A DNA stretch of 64,000 bases. It comes from Syntrophorhabdaceae bacterium. GTDB lineage: Bacteria > Desulfobacterota > Syntrophorhabdia > Syntrophorhabdales > Syntrophorhabdaceae. Below, piece by piece: positions 11,633-22,261 of this stretch (position 1 is its first letter; every line of letters starts with the position of its first letter). Made by a program: the position numbers and the translations under genes. The stretch spans positions 1,056,001-1,120,000 of the forward strand of contig OY762209.1 of the NCBI GenBank assembly GCA_963665295.1, in the 5' to 3' direction. Under the pieces are notes generated by a model. It was not told where the DNA came from and made no database searches. It saw only the letters and a program-made list of their open reading frames with translations.

Positions 11633-12882
11633 CCTCCTCTGCTCATTGAATATAAAAAATCTTTATTTGAATCGCTGTCAGCCAGTTTTTCAAGGAGAAA
11701 CTCCATTGACTCCACCTGATTCATGGGCTGCAGCACCTTTCTCAGGAGCCATATCCTCGACAGGTCGCCGTTTTCGAGGAGCAACTCCTCTTTTCTGGTG
11801 CCTGACTTGTTTATGTCGATGGCCGGGAAGACCCTCTTCTCGGCGAGTTTTCTGTCGAGATAGATTTCCATGTTTCCCGTGCCCTTGAATTCCTCGAATA
11901 TTACCTCGTCCATCCTGCTCCCCGTGTCGATCAGGGCCGTTGCCACGATGGTGAGGCTTCCTCCTTCTTCAATGTTCTTTGCCGCGCCGAAGAACCTTCT
12001 CGGTTTCTGCATGGCCGATGCGTCGATACCACCGGAGAGTATCTTTCCACTGGAAGGCACCACCGTGTTGTACGCCCTCGCGAGCCTCGTGATGCTGTCG
12101 AGGAGTATGACCACGTCCCTCTTGTGTTCCACGAGCCTCTTCGCCTTTTCGATCACGATCTCCGCTACCTGCACGTGTCTCGTGGCGGGCTCGTCGAAGG
12201 TGGAGCTTATGACTTCCCCGTTTACGGACCGGATCATGTCGGTCACTTCCTCGGGCCTTTCATCGATTAGAAGGACGATAAGGTGGACTTCCTTGTGGTT
12301 CTTCGTAATGCTGTTCGCGATATGCTGGAGGAGCATGGTCTTGCCTGTTCTCGGGGGGGCCACTATCAAGCCTCTCTGTCCCTTGCCGATGGGTGTGAAA
12401 AGATCCATGACCCTGGTGGACATATTGTCCGGCTTGGTTTCCAGTTGCAGTCTCTCGTTGGGATATATGGGGGTAAGGTTATCAAAGATGATCTTGTCTT
12501 TGGCGACGCTCGGGTCGTCAAAGTTGATCGTCTCCACCTTGAGAAGAGCGAAATACTTCTCGTTGTCCTTGGGCGGTCTTATCTGCCCCGAGGTGGTATC
12601 CCCCGTCCTCAGGCCGAATCTCTTTATCTGCGACGGCGATATGTATATGTCGTCCGGGCCGGGCAGGTAGTTGGAATCGGTGGACCTTAAAAATCCGAAT
12701 CCTTCTGAGAGGACTTCGAGCACCCCTTCCCCGTACACCGATTCGTTTTTGTCCACAAAAGCCTGGAGTATTGCGAATATCAGCTCCTGTTTCCTCAAAC
12801 CGGCGGCGTTCTCTATATTCATCTCCTTCGCCATGTGGGTCAGTTCCCCGATTTTCTTCCTCTTCAGTTCATTAAGGTGCAT
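11629..12882 (-). CDS. rho: Transcription termination factor Rho
   Basis: [31 protein letters not shown]. Confidence 0.97.
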   Translation of the reverse strand: MHLNELKRKKIGELTHMAKEMNIENAAGLRKQELIFAILQAFVDKNESVYGEGVLEVLSEGFGFLRSTDSNYLPGPDDIYISPSQIKRFGLRTGDTTSGQIRPPKDNEKYFALLKVETINFDDPSVAKDKIIFDNLTPIYPNERLQLETKPDNMSTRVMDLFTPIGKGQRGLIVAPPRTGKTMLLQHIANSITKNHKEVHLIVLLIDERPEEVTDMIRSVNGEVISSTFDEPATRHVQVAEIVIEKAKRLVEHKRDVVILLDSITRLARAYNTVVPSSGKILSGGIDASAMQKPRRFFGAAKNIEEGGSLTIVATALIDTGSRMDEVIFEEFKGTGNMEIYLDRKLAEKRVFPAIDINKSGTRKEELLLENGDLSRIWLLRKVLQPMNQVESMEFLLEKLADSDSNKDFLYSMSRGG

Positions 12883-13484
12883 GTATCCTCTCCCTCCCAT
12901 ATTTTTATCTTTTCCAAGAGGATTTCTATCTCTTTTCTAAGATCTTCCTCCGTCCCGCTATTGTTGACGATGTAATCCGCCATTCTCTCTTTCTCTTCGA
13001 GCGGCATTTGGTGTGAGATACGTCGCTCCATGTCTTCCCTGACCATACCCCTCAAAACCAGCCTCTCTTTTATTATGTTTATATCCGCCGATACGACGAC
13101 CGTCTTGTCAAGCTCCTTGTTGAGCCCCTTTTCAAAGATGAGCGGCCCGTCGATAATCACGGCTTTTGCCCCTTTTTTTCTCTCATTCCCTATCTCATTC
13201 GCCATCCTTGCGAGCAGCCGGGGATGGACGATCCCTTCAAGGGTCTTCAGGTGGTCCCTGTTCTTGAAAACCAGGTCACGCATCCTTTCCACGTCAACCG
13301 TCCCGTCGTCTCTGACAGATTCCTTTCCAAAGGCCCTCTTCATGTCTTCTTTCACCTCGGGACTGTCGGAGACTTCCTTCGCAAGGTTGTCGAGGTCGAT
13401 TACGGTGAATCCTGCCTGCCTGAGCATGGCGGAGACGGTGCTCTTACCGCTCCCTATGATGCCTGTTATCCCTATGGTGATCAT
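12864..13484 (-). CDS. coaE: Dephospho-CoA kinase
   Basis: [25 protein letters not shown]. Confidence 0.92.
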   Translation of the reverse strand: MITIGITGIIGSGKSTVSAMLRQAGFTVIDLDNLAKEVSDSPEVKEDMKRAFGKESVRDDGTVDVERMRDLVFKNRDHLKTLEGIVHPRLLARMANEIGNERKKGAKAVIIDGPLIFEKGLNKELDKTVVVSADINIIKERLVLRGMVREDMERRISHQMPLEEKERMADYIVNNSGTEEDLRKEIEILLEKIKIWEGEDTCTLMN

Positions 13485-15844
13485 ATATCAAGATTTCTCA
13501 CGTTCAGGGCATTGTCTTCAATGAAGAGTCTTCGCGTCTCTATGTTGTTCCCCATGAGGACCGTAAATACCTGGTCCGCCTCTACGGCATCCTCGATGGA
13601 GACCTTAAGAAGGGTCCTTCTTTCCGGATCCATGGTGGTCATCCAAAGTTGCTCGGGGTTCATTTCTCCAAGACCTTTATACCTCTGAATACTCACTCCC
13701 TCTTTCCCTACCCCGTTTATAAAACCGAGCAGCCCTTCCGCTCCTTCAAACGCCGTTTCGTTGTTTCCGTTTGCCACCCGCACCTGCCCCTCATAAAAGG
13801 AGCGGACCTGGGCATATGTCTTATAGGCGGCTGTGTAATCTCCCTCGGAACACATTTCAAAATCTATCTGGGCCGTGTTGTGCACCTTCTTCGACGGGTC
13901 CCTCACAAGCATAGAGTAAAGGTTGTGTTCCCTGTCGAGAGATAATTCCGTTTCAAAGCCCTCTCCTTCGAGGTATGCTTTCAGCTGGGTCAGTTTCTCG
14001 GGACCCTCGAAATCCTCTCTCCGGAAAATGCCCTCTTTGAAAAGCCGGAGGGTTGCCTTCCTGTCCAGTCCCGAAGCGCTCATCTCCCTCATAAACCGCT
14101 CGACGTTCCGTATCTTCTCTACGGCGGTTACGAGGTTTTCACTTTCCACCTTCACATCATCCAGGTAACACTGCACCTTCTCCATACCCCTGCTCATGAT
14201 GTGACGCTCGAAATCGTCCTCGTCTTTCGCGTAGATTTCCTTGGAGCCGTGCTTTATCTTATAGAGCGGTGGCTGTGCAATGTATACGTACCCGTTCATC
14301 AGCAGGTCGGGCATCTTTCTGTAAAACAGCGTGAGGAGAAGGGTCCTTATATGAGACCCGTCCACGTCGGCATCAGTCATTATGATTACCTTGTGGTACC
14401 TGAGCTTTTCTATGTTTTCCGTATTTATGCCGAGAGCGAGATATATGGCCTTTATTTCCAGATTTGAAAGCACTTTCTCCTGCCGGGACTTCTCCACGTT
14501 CAGAATCTTGCCCCTAAGCGGCAGAATGGCCTGGGTCTTCCGGTCCCTCCCCTGTTTCGCGGAACCTCCTGCCGAATCTCCCTCCACAATGTAAATTTCA
14601 CACATTTCAGGGTCGTTGGACTGGCAGTCGGCGAGCTTGCCGGGCAATATGCCGCTTTCAAGAAGGCTCTTGGTCTTTACCAGCTCCTTTGCCTTCTTTG
14701 CCGCTTCCCGGGCTCTTTTGGCCTCCATGGCCTTGTTGATGATCGCCTTGGCCACACTCTCGTGGAGCTCTAAATATTCCGTGAAGCTCTCATTCAACAC
14801 CGACTCGACGAGGCCCTTGATCTCGCTGTTTCCGAGTTTCGACTTGGTCTGGCCTTCAAACTGGGGATTGGCTATCTTGATGCTTATAACCGTGACCATT
14901 CCCTCTTTTATGTCGTCGCCCGATACATTCTCTTTGGACTTTATACCCGGGTTTGTCTGGATAAAATTGTTGATGCTCCTCGTAAAGGCGCTCCTGAAAC
15001 CCGCCACGTGAGTGCCGCCTTCCTGAGTGTTTACGTTGTTCACAAAACTGTAGACGCTCTCGTTGTACCCGTCGTTGTATTGGACCGCCACTTCGATGAA
15101 GTCGAGGGGCTGTCTCTCCGTAACCACATGAATCGGTTCGTCAAAGATAGGGGTCTTGTTCTGATTCAGAAACCTGACAAAGGCCTTCAACCCGCCCTCG
15201 TGTCTGAATTCCTGTCTCTTGCCCTTCCTCTCGTCGATGACGATGATGTGAATGCCGTTATTGAGGAAGGATATTTCCCGCATCCTCTGGGCAATAATGT
15301 CAAAGCTTATTTCCGTGGTTTCAAAAAGGTTCTCGTCGGGCTTGAACTTGACCTTCGTGCCCGTCTTCTCCGTATCACCGATGACCTTGAGTTCCGTCAT
15401 CTTGTTGCCGCCCTCGTACCTCTGGAAATGGACTTTTCCATCCCTGCGCACTTCCACTTCGAGATACTCGGAAAGGGCATTCACCACGGAAAGACCCACG
15501 CCGTGCAGACCCGCCGAATAACGGTAAGTGTCCTTGTCGAATTTTCCACCTGCGTGGAGTTTCGTAAGCACGACTTCCAAGGCAGGCATATTTTCTTCGA
15601 CGTGCATGGCCACAGGGATCCCTCTTCCGTTATCTTCGCAGGTAACGCTGTTGTCCCGGTGGATGGTGATCTGGATCTTGTTACAGAATCCTTCGAGGGC
15701 CTCGTCCACGCTGTTGTCCACAAGCTCGTATACGAGGTGGTGAAGACCGCCTACACCTGTGTTCCCGATATACATGGAGGGCACTTTCCTGACCGCGTCA
15801 AGGCCGCCCAATATTTTTATACTCTCTGCTCCGTACTCTCTCAT
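13481..15844 (-). CDS. gyrB: DNA gyrase subunit B
   Basis: ELVDNSVDE, LHAGGKF, VEGDSAGG, TDADVDG, QRYKGLGEMNP. Confidence 0.96.
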   Translation of the reverse strand: MREYGAESIKILGGLDAVRKVPSMYIGNTGVGGLHHLVYELVDNSVDEALEGFCNKIQITIHRDNSVTCEDNGRGIPVAMHVEENMPALEVVLTKLHAGGKFDKDTYRYSAGLHGVGLSVVNALSEYLEVEVRRDGKVHFQRYEGGNKMTELKVIGDTEKTGTKVKFKPDENLFETTEISFDIIAQRMREISFLNNGIHIIVIDERKGKRQEFRHEGGLKAFVRFLNQNKTPIFDEPIHVVTERQPLDFIEVAVQYNDGYNESVYSFVNNVNTQEGGTHVAGFRSAFTRSINNFIQTNPGIKSKENVSGDDIKEGMVTVISIKIANPQFEGQTKSKLGNSEIKGLVESVLNESFTEYLELHESVAKAIINKAMEAKRAREAAKKAKELVKTKSLLESGILPGKLADCQSNDPEMCEIYIVEGDSAGGSAKQGRDRKTQAILPLRGKILNVEKSRQEKVLSNLEIKAIYLALGINTENIEKLRYHKVIIMTDADVDGSHIRTLLLTLFYRKMPDLLMNGYVYIAQPPLYKIKHGSKEIYAKDEDDFERHIMSRGMEKVQCYLDDVKVESENLVTAVEKIRNVERFMREMSASGLDRKATLRLFKEGIFRREDFEGPEKLTQLKAYLEGEGFETELSLDREHNLYSMLVRDPSKKVHNTAQIDFEMCSEGDYTAAYKTYAQVRSFYEGQVRVANGNNETAFEGAEGLLGFINGVGKEGVSIQRYKGLGEMNPEQLWMTTMDPERRTLLKVSIEDAVEADQVFTVLMGNNIETRRLFIEDNALNVRNLDI

Positions 15845-15860
15845 TTTTAATCCCTTTAGA

Positions 15861-16949
15861 TTAAACCCTGATCGGCATCACGATATTCTTATAATACTCG
15901 GGGCTGTTCTCCTCTTCAAAAAGGACGGCTCCATACGTGGGGGGTATCTTTACCACGATACGTTCCCCTTCGATATGGGATACGATATCGAGCATAAATT
16001 TCACGTTGAAATTCATACTCATTACCTCACCCTCGTAGCCGATCTCTATGGTTTCTTTTGCGTGTCCTATATCGGACTCGGATTCTATTTCCATTGTGCC
16101 CGGTGCAAGGTTGATCTTCACGGGCTCCGACCTTCCCATAATAGCGGAAACGCGGCGGAGTCCCCTCAGGAAATGCTCTTTTTCGATGGTGGCCACATTG
16201 TCGCTCTGCTGGGGGATCACGTTGTCATAATCGGGAAAGTTGCCCTCTATGATCCTCGACACCACCGTCGCCTTCTCCGTACTGAATTGTATGTGTTTTT
16301 CATCTATACTCAGCTTTACCTTATCCTCGTCACCTATGATCCGCTCTATCTCGGATACGGACCGTTTGGGAATGGTTATCCCCTTGAAGCCCTTGATGTT
16401 CTCTATCTCCTTCTGGTAGAGGGCCATTCTGAAACCGTCCGTCCCTACCACCACGACCTTCCCCTCGGTCCCCTTCATGTGCATGCCTGTCAGCACATAA
16501 CGCGTCTCGTCATTGGAGATGGCGAAGCTTACCTTGTCCGTGATCTCCTGGAGGAGCCTGCCGCTCACGAAAAATTCCTCATACCCCTCGATCTCCTTTA
16601 CCTCGGGAAACTCTTCGGGGTCCTGCAGGCTGAGCACGATTTCCGTCTGCTTCTGCCTGATGGTGAGAGTATTGTCTTTCACTTCAAGACCGATCTCCCC
16701 GTTATCCATCTCCTTCAATATCTCCAGGAACTTCCTTCCGTGGACGACTATCCTTCTCTCTTCCTCTGTCTTGTAATCAATATGGCTTATGGCGCTTAAC
16801 TCGAGGTCTGTGGAATAGATGGTTGTCCCTTCCCTTCCAAACGCTATGAGGACGTTCGAGAGTATGGGCATGAGCGATCTCTTTTCTGTAATGCCTACCA
16901 ATTTTGATATAGGCCCTGAAATAAGATTTTTATCTATGTTTATATTCAT
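15861..16949 (-). CDS. dnaN: DNA polymerase III beta clamp
   Basis: STDLE, RYVLTG, TDGFRM, IVMPIR; between dnaA and gyrB. Confidence 0.96.
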   Translation of the reverse strand: MNINIDKNLISGPISKLVGITEKRSLMPILSNVLIAFGREGTTIYSTDLELSAISHIDYKTEEERRIVVHGRKFLEILKEMDNGEIGLEVKDNTLTIRQKQTEIVLSLQDPEEFPEVKEIEGYEEFFVSGRLLQEITDKVSFAISNDETRYVLTGMHMKGTEGKVVVVGTDGFRMALYQKEIENIKGFKGITIPKRSVSEIERIIGDEDKVKLSIDEKHIQFSTEKATVVSRIIEGNFPDYDNVIPQQSDNVATIEKEHFLRGLRRVSAIMGRSEPVKINLAPGTMEIESESDIGHAKETIEIGYEGEVMSMNFNVKFMLDIVSHIEGERIVVKIPPTYGAVLFEEENSPEYYKNIVMPIRV

Positions 16950-16985
16950 AAATACCTCTCGTCATCATAATAAGTGATGTTAACT

Positions 16986-17105
16986 TGTTGAAAAGCCTCC
17001 ATATGCCTTTATATCTGAGGGGATCCACGAAGAACAATGGTCCGGCGGAATGTGGAAGAGATGTGTGCTCATGTCAGCTTGATCCTTGATTCCAGGTTAT
17101 CAACA
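16986..17105. promoter_or_regulatory. DnaA-box-like sites in and near the dnaA-dnaN spacer (possible second oriC part)
   Basis: TGTTGAAAA 16986-16994, TGTGGAAGA 17051-17059, TTATCAACA 17097-17105; each one mismatch from TTWTNCACA. Confidence 0.5.
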
Positions 17106-18385
17106 GTGTTTTTCAACTCTTTCTTAATTTTTTGCTCTGCCTCTATTTTTCTTATGGAATGGAGGACAGTTGCGTGATCCTTCCCGCCAAACTTTTCACC
17201 AATGCTTACCAGGGAAGCGTCCGTCAGCTTTCTCGAAAGGTACATGGCGATCTGACGGGGAACCATGAGGGATCTGATCCGCCTCTCGGACTTCAGATCG
17301 GATATCTTAATGGAAAAGTAAGACGCCACCTGTTCTATGACAAGGTCGATGGTGATTTCCTTCTTCTTCTCCTTTATGAGGTGGCCCATTATTTCCTTGG
17401 CGAGGTCGATGGTAATGGGGGTCCCCTTCAGGGAGGAGAAGGCGACGATTCGCGTGAGAGAGCCTTCGAGGGATCTCACGTTGTCGTCCACATTGGAGGC
17501 GATAAAAAAGGCCACATCAAGGGGCAGGTCCACGTCTTCATACTCTGCCTTTTTGTTGAGTATGGCCACCTTTGTCTCGAGGTCAAGGGATTGGATATCC
17601 GCGATGAGGCCCCATTCGAACCGGGAACGGAGTCTCTCCTCGAAATTCTCGATGTCCCTCGGGAACTTGTCGCTCGTTACCACGATCTGCTTCATATTGT
17701 CATAGAGGGCATTGAAGGTGTGGAAAAACTCCGCCTGAGTCCTTTCCTTCCCTGCAATGAACTGTATATCGTCAATTAAAAGTATATCCATTCTCCTGAA
17801 GCGGTTTCTGAAATCCTCCATCTTTTCATAGCGAAGGGAATTAATCAGCTCGTTGGTGAAAACCTCCGCGGTAATATAGCAAATGCGCTCCGGACCCGTG
17901 TTGCTGTGGGTGAGGAGGAAATTGCCGATTGCGTTCAGGAGGTGCGTCTTACCCAGACCCACGCCGCCGTATATGAAGAGCGGGTTGTAAGTCTTGCCCG
18001 GATTGGTCGCCACGGCCAGACACGCCGCATTGGCAAACTGATTGCTCGCCCCCACGACAAAATTCTCGAAGGTATACCGGGGATTGAAGATGTTATATTT
18101 CGGGGGCTTCTTTATGACCACGCCCCGGGTGCCTTCCTGCTTCTCGTCCTTCTTCAGCACATATTCTATCTTTGTGTCCGTTTTGGTAAGGTCCTTGATG
18201 AGGCTTACCATGATGGGCTCGAAGTTTTCCACGATCCAATCCCGGAAGAAGGTGTTCGGGACCGCGATATAACATTTATCGTCCCTGTAATCCGAAAATT
18301 GTATGGGCTCAATCCACGTTTTATAGCTATCTTCGCTGATTATGCTCGCAATCTTAGGTTTTATCTGGGAGATAATATCATCCAT
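17069..18385 (-). CDS. dnaA: Chromosomal replication initiator DnaA
   Basis: YNPLFIYGGVGLGKTHL, DDIQF, GGKDHATV. Confidence 0.97.
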   Translation of the reverse strand: MDDIISQIKPKIASIISEDSYKTWIEPIQFSDYRDDKCYIAVPNTFFRDWIVENFEPIMVSLIKDLTKTDTKIEYVLKKDEKQEGTRGVVIKKPPKYNIFNPRYTFENFVVGASNQFANAACLAVATNPGKTYNPLFIYGGVGLGKTHLLNAIGNFLLTHSNTGPERICYITAEVFTNELINSLRYEKMEDFRNRFRRMDILLIDDIQFIAGKERTQAEFFHTFNALYDNMKQIVVTSDKFPRDIENFEERLRSRFEWGLIADIQSLDLETKVAILNKKAEYEDVDLPLDVAFFIASNVDDNVRSLEGSLTRIVAFSSLKGTPITIDLAKEIMGHLIKEKKKEITIDLVIEQVASYFSIKISDLKSERRIRSLMVPRQIAMYLSRKLTDASLVSIGEKFGGKDHATVLHSIRKIEAEQKIKKELKNTVDNLESRIKLT

Positions 18386-18397
18386 TAGTGTACATCT

Positions 18398-18428
18398 TTT
18401 TCAACATATTTTCAACATATGTGGATAA
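18398..18428. promoter_or_regulatory. DnaA box cluster upstream of dnaA (oriC / dnaA autoregulation)
   Basis: TTTTCAACA 18398-18406, TTTTCAACA 18409-18417, perfect TGTGGATAA 18420-18428 in AT-rich divergent spacer. Confidence 0.75.
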
Positions 18429-18623
18429 CTTAAAGGTTTCCGAATGGCTAAACTGAATACTAATATAATCGGGAAAAATTTTCAACCTTTTTTTGTCCCC
18501 CCGGCCCCTTCCCGGACATGCCCCGGGAGAGCCCCGGACCGGGCCGACTTCTTCATTATCCTTGCATACTTAAGGGGTTTATGTTAATTTCTAGAAACTT
18601 CTTTTCAAGGATACCTTAAGAAA

Positions 18624-21383
18624 ATGGACTATAAAGAGACTTTGAACCTGCCGAAAACACCTTTTCCCATGAGGGGCAATCTCCCTGTAAAGGAAAAGGA
18701 AATGCTCGCCTTCTGGGACCGGATCGGACTATACCGCCGACTGGTCGAGGGAAAGGCGGACCATCCCACCTTCATCCTCCACGACGGCCCTCCGTACGCG
18801 AACGGGAACATTCACCTGGGCACCGCCCTCAACAAGATCCTGAAGGACATAATCGTGAAGTCGAAGTTTATGTCGGGCTTCAGGGCCGACTATGTACCGG
18901 GCTGGGACTGCCACGGCCTTCCCATAGAACACCAGGTGGAAAAGAACACGAAGGCAAAGAAGGAGAACCTCTCCAAGCTCGAGACCCGCCGGCATTGCAG
19001 GACCTACGCTGCGGGGTTCGTCGATATCCAGAGGGAGGAGTTCAAGAGGCTCGGCGTCATAGGCGACTGGGATCATCCGTACATTACGATGGATTACCGC
19101 TACCAGGCCACCATCGTGGAAGAGATAGAGAAGTTTTTCGAACGAGGGGATGTATACAGGAAGAAAAAACCCGTCCTCTGGTGCATGAATTGTCTCACCG
19201 CCCTCGCCGAGGCGGAGATAGAATACGAGACGAAAACGTCTACGTCGGTCTATGTAAAGTTTCCTTACGAAGGAAAAGGAGAGGCCCTCTTCTCCGGATA
19301 TCCCGAGAAGCCTCTTTACATGCTCATCTGGACCACCACACCCTGGACATTGCCTGCAAACCTCGCCATCGCGGTAAACCCCGAGTTTACCTATGTGTCC
19401 GTAGAAACGGAAGATTCCGTATATATCGTACTCAAGGACCTTCTCGAAGACGTGATGAAGAAGGCGGGAATCGCGACGTACAAGGTTATCGCGGAAATTC
19501 CCGGCTCAAGCCTCAAGGGCCTCAAGTTCAGGCATCCCTTTATCGAGAGGGACTCGGTCATTGTTTTCGCGGACTATGTGGCGAGCGACACAGGGACCGG
19601 CGCGGTCCACATCGCCCCGGGCCACGGCGAAGAGGACTATGAGACAGGGCTTGAGTACGGCCTCGACGTCTATTCCCCCGTAAACGAGAAAGGGGAGCTC
19701 TTCGAAGAGGTGGAATTCTTCAAAGGGATGAAGGTCTTCGACGCCAACCCCCATGTCGTGACGAAGCTTAAGGAACTCGGCCGCCTCCTCCACCAGGAGG
19801 AGATAGAGCACTCCTATCCTCATTGCTGGCGTTGCAAGAAACCCGTAATATTCAGGGCCACGGAACAGTGGTTCATATCCATGGACAAGAACGGCCTGAG
19901 GCAGAAGGCCCTCGATGAAGTCAACAGGGTCCGCTGGATCCCCGCGTGGGGCAAGGACAGGATCTACAACATGCTCTCCGTACGTCCCGACTGGTGCATC
20001 TCCAGGCAGCGGACGTGGGGCGTGCCCATCACCATATTCTACTGTGAGAAATGCAGGGAGCCCTACTGGAACCGCGAGACATTCAAAAAGGTCATAGAAT
20101 CCGTGGAAACACAGGGCGCCGATATATGGTTTGAAAAAGACGCCTCCTATTTCCTGCCGGAAGGGGCGAAGTGCGGCCGCTGCGGCAACACGGGGTTCGT
20201 GAAGGAAGAGGATATTCTCGACGTGTGGTTCGACTCGGGGGTGAGCTTTGCCGCGGTCTGCAAGAAGAGGCCGGACCAACTCAAATTCCCCGCCGACCTC
20301 TACCTCGAGGGCAGCGATCAGCACAGGGGATGGTTCCACAGCTCGCTCCTCGCCTCAGTGGGCAACGAGGGAAAAGCCCCCTACCAGTCCGTGCTCACCC
20401 ACGGTTTCGTGGTGGACGGGACCGGGCGGAAGATGGGGAAATCCTTGGGGAATATGATATCCCCCTCGGAGATCATCGACAAATACGGCGCGGAGATCCT
20501 CCGGCTCTGGGTCACCTACGAGGACTACAAGGACGACATAAAGATATCGAAGGACATCATCAATCGCCTGGTGGAGACGTACCGGCGCATCAGGAACACG
20601 CTCCGCTTCCTCCATGCGAATATCAACGACGATTTTAACCCTGCCACGGACCGGGTCGCCTACGCGGACCTTTCGTCTCTCGACAAGTGGCTCCTCTCGC
20701 GGCTTCAGAGGCTCATCATCAGGGTCGAAGAGGCATACAACAACTATTCGTTCCACGTTATATACCACAGCATCCATAATTTCTGCTCCGTTGACCTGAG
20801 CGCCCTGTACCTCGACATCGTGAAGGACAGGATCTATGTGGAAAAGAAGGATTCCCTGAAGAGAAGGTCGTCACAGACCGTAATCTTCGAGACCATCGTC
20901 TCCCTCCTGAAGCTTATGGCGCCCATCCTCTCCTCCACCGCGGACGAGATGTGGTCATACCTCGGCGACCAGGTCGAAGGGGAGAGCGTGCTCCTCACCG
21001 AATTCCCCGCCCCGAAAACGGAGCTTATCAACGAAGAGGTGGAGCAGATTTGGGAGAGCATCTGGAAGATCAGGGAGCAGGTCAACAAGAAGATCGAAGA
21101 GAAGAGGGCCGCGAAAGAGATCGGCCATTCCCTGGATACGAAGATCGTCATCACCGCGGGAGAGGACGATTACCGTCTCCTCACGAATATCGACGACGAG
21201 TTGAAGGGGATCTTCATCGTCTCTCAGATAGAGGTCAATAAGGGGAGCGAATTCAATATCGCCGTCCTCAAGGCGGAAGGGGAGAAGTGCGAGCGGTGCT
21301 GGCAGTATGCCGTGGACATGAAGAAGACGGGACCCTTCCCGAATGTATGCAAGCGATGCGAAGATATATTGTCTTCCCTGTAG
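18624..21383 (+). CDS. ileS: Isoleucine-tRNA ligase (type 1, C-terminal Zn finger)
   Basis: LHDGPPYANG, PGWDCHGLPIE, WTTTPWT, EGSDQHRGWF, CERCW. Confidence 0.97.
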   Translation: MDYKETLNLPKTPFPMRGNLPVKEKEMLAFWDRIGLYRRLVEGKADHPTFILHDGPPYANGNIHLGTALNKILKDIIVKSKFMSGFRADYVPGWDCHGLPIEHQVEKNTKAKKENLSKLETRRHCRTYAAGFVDIQREEFKRLGVIGDWDHPYITMDYRYQATIVEEIEKFFERGDVYRKKKPVLWCMNCLTALAEAEIEYETKTSTSVYVKFPYEGKGEALFSGYPEKPLYMLIWTTTPWTLPANLAIAVNPEFTYVSVETEDSVYIVLKDLLEDVMKKAGIATYKVIAEIPGSSLKGLKFRHPFIERDSVIVFADYVASDTGTGAVHIAPGHGEEDYETGLEYGLDVYSPVNEKGELFEEVEFFKGMKVFDANPHVVTKLKELGRLLHQEEIEHSYPHCWRCKKPVIFRATEQWFISMDKNGLRQKALDEVNRVRWIPAWGKDRIYNMLSVRPDWCISRQRTWGVPITIFYCEKCREPYWNRETFKKVIESVETQGADIWFEKDASYFLPEGAKCGRCGNTGFVKEEDILDVWFDSGVSFAAVCKKRPDQLKFPADLYLEGSDQHRGWFHSSLLASVGNEGKAPYQSVLTHGFVVDGTGRKMGKSLGNMISPSEIIDKYGAEILRLWVTYEDYKDDIKISKDIINRLVETYRRIRNTLRFLHANINDDFNPATDRVAYADLSSLDKWLLSRLQRLIIRVEEAYNNYSFHVIYHSIHNFCSVDLSALYLDIVKDRIYVEKKDSLKRRSSQTVIFETIVSLLKLMAPILSSTADEMWSYLGDQVEGESVLLTEFPAPKTELINEEVEQIWESIWKIREQVNKKIEEKRAAKEIGHSLDTKIVITAGEDDYRLLTNIDDELKGIFIVSQIEVNKGSEFNIAVLKAEGEKCERCWQYAVDMKKTGPFPNVCKRCEDILSSL

Positions 21384-21847
21384 TCCCCCTTATCTTTTTC
21401 CTTGACCGGTGGACGAAGTGGCTTGTCACAGAGCACCTGGGCCACATGGAGGGCATCCACATTACGTCCTTCTTTTCTCTCGTGAACTGGAGGAACCTGG
21501 GCGGCGCCTTCGGTTTCCTCTCCCAGCACCCACTGGGGAAGTACGTGTTCATGGTCCTGCCCCTCATCGTTGCGGCGGGTCTTGTCTATGCCCTCATCGC
21601 CTATAAGCTTCCCCTCCTCAAGACCTTCTCTCTCGCGTGCATCCTCGCGGGGGCCGTGGGGAATATCTATGACAGGATGTCTTACGGCTACGTAATCGAT
21701 TTTCTGCTCTTCTATTACAAGAGTTTCCAGTGGCCCGCCTTCAACGTGGCGGATATCTCCATCTCCACGGGCATCGGATTGTGGCTTTTTGCCGAGCTTC
21801 TCGCCTCTCTCAAGAAGAACGGCGACAAAGTCCTCAAAACCCCTTAA
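21356..21847 (+). CDS. lspA: Lipoprotein signal peptidase II
   Basis: NLGGAFG, GAVGNIYDR, VIDF, FNVAD; follows ileS. Confidence 0.93.
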   Translation: MRRYIVFPVVPLIFFLDRWTKWLVTEHLGHMEGIHITSFFSLVNWRNLGGAFGFLSQHPLGKYVFMVLPLIVAAGLVYALIAYKLPLLKTFSLACILAGAVGNIYDRMSYGYVIDFLLFYYKSFQWPAFNVADISISTGIGLWLFAELLASLKKNGDKVLKTP

Positions 21848-21873
21848 GGGCGGGAAGAGAGAAAGGCCTGGTC

Positions 21874-22107
21874 ATGGCGGACGAACTCCTTGAAGAGGAA
21901 AAGAAACTCCGGAGACTCAGGTTCATGGTCGATTTTGCCCTCGAATACATCAGGACCCAGCATATTTCCCACGACGAAGCCATCTCCGTGGTGGAGGGGG
22001 TAAGAAACCACGCACTGAAACTCTTCCCCGGAAAAGAAGAAACCTTCGACCTCATCTACATGTCCCGCTTCAAACGGCTCCTCAACGAAAAATTCCAGAG
22101 GGCGTAG
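21874..22107 (+). CDS. Small hypothetical protein
   Basis: MADELLEEEKKLRRLRFMVD...LFPGKEETFDLIY; native codon usage, continues the ileS-lspA operon. Confidence 0.7.
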   Translation: MADELLEEEKKLRRLRFMVDFALEYIRTQHISHDEAISVVEGVRNHALKLFPGKEETFDLIYMSRFKRLLNEKFQRA

Positions 22108-22261
22108 ATGTGCGTCCACGGCGGCCGGTAAACAGTTGAATTCCTGTAATATGGATTACCCACATGGATGACACGGTGATTTTAGGGAGAGCGTGCGTAA
22201 CGGGTGTCATGACTATCTCCGGTGGCAGCCGGTGTAAGGCCAATCGCAGGTTGGTTCCCGC

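Noticed and set aside
22108..22261. tRNA or att site at the left edge of the defence island
   Set aside because: No cloverleaf and no direct repeat matching the right edge found by eye
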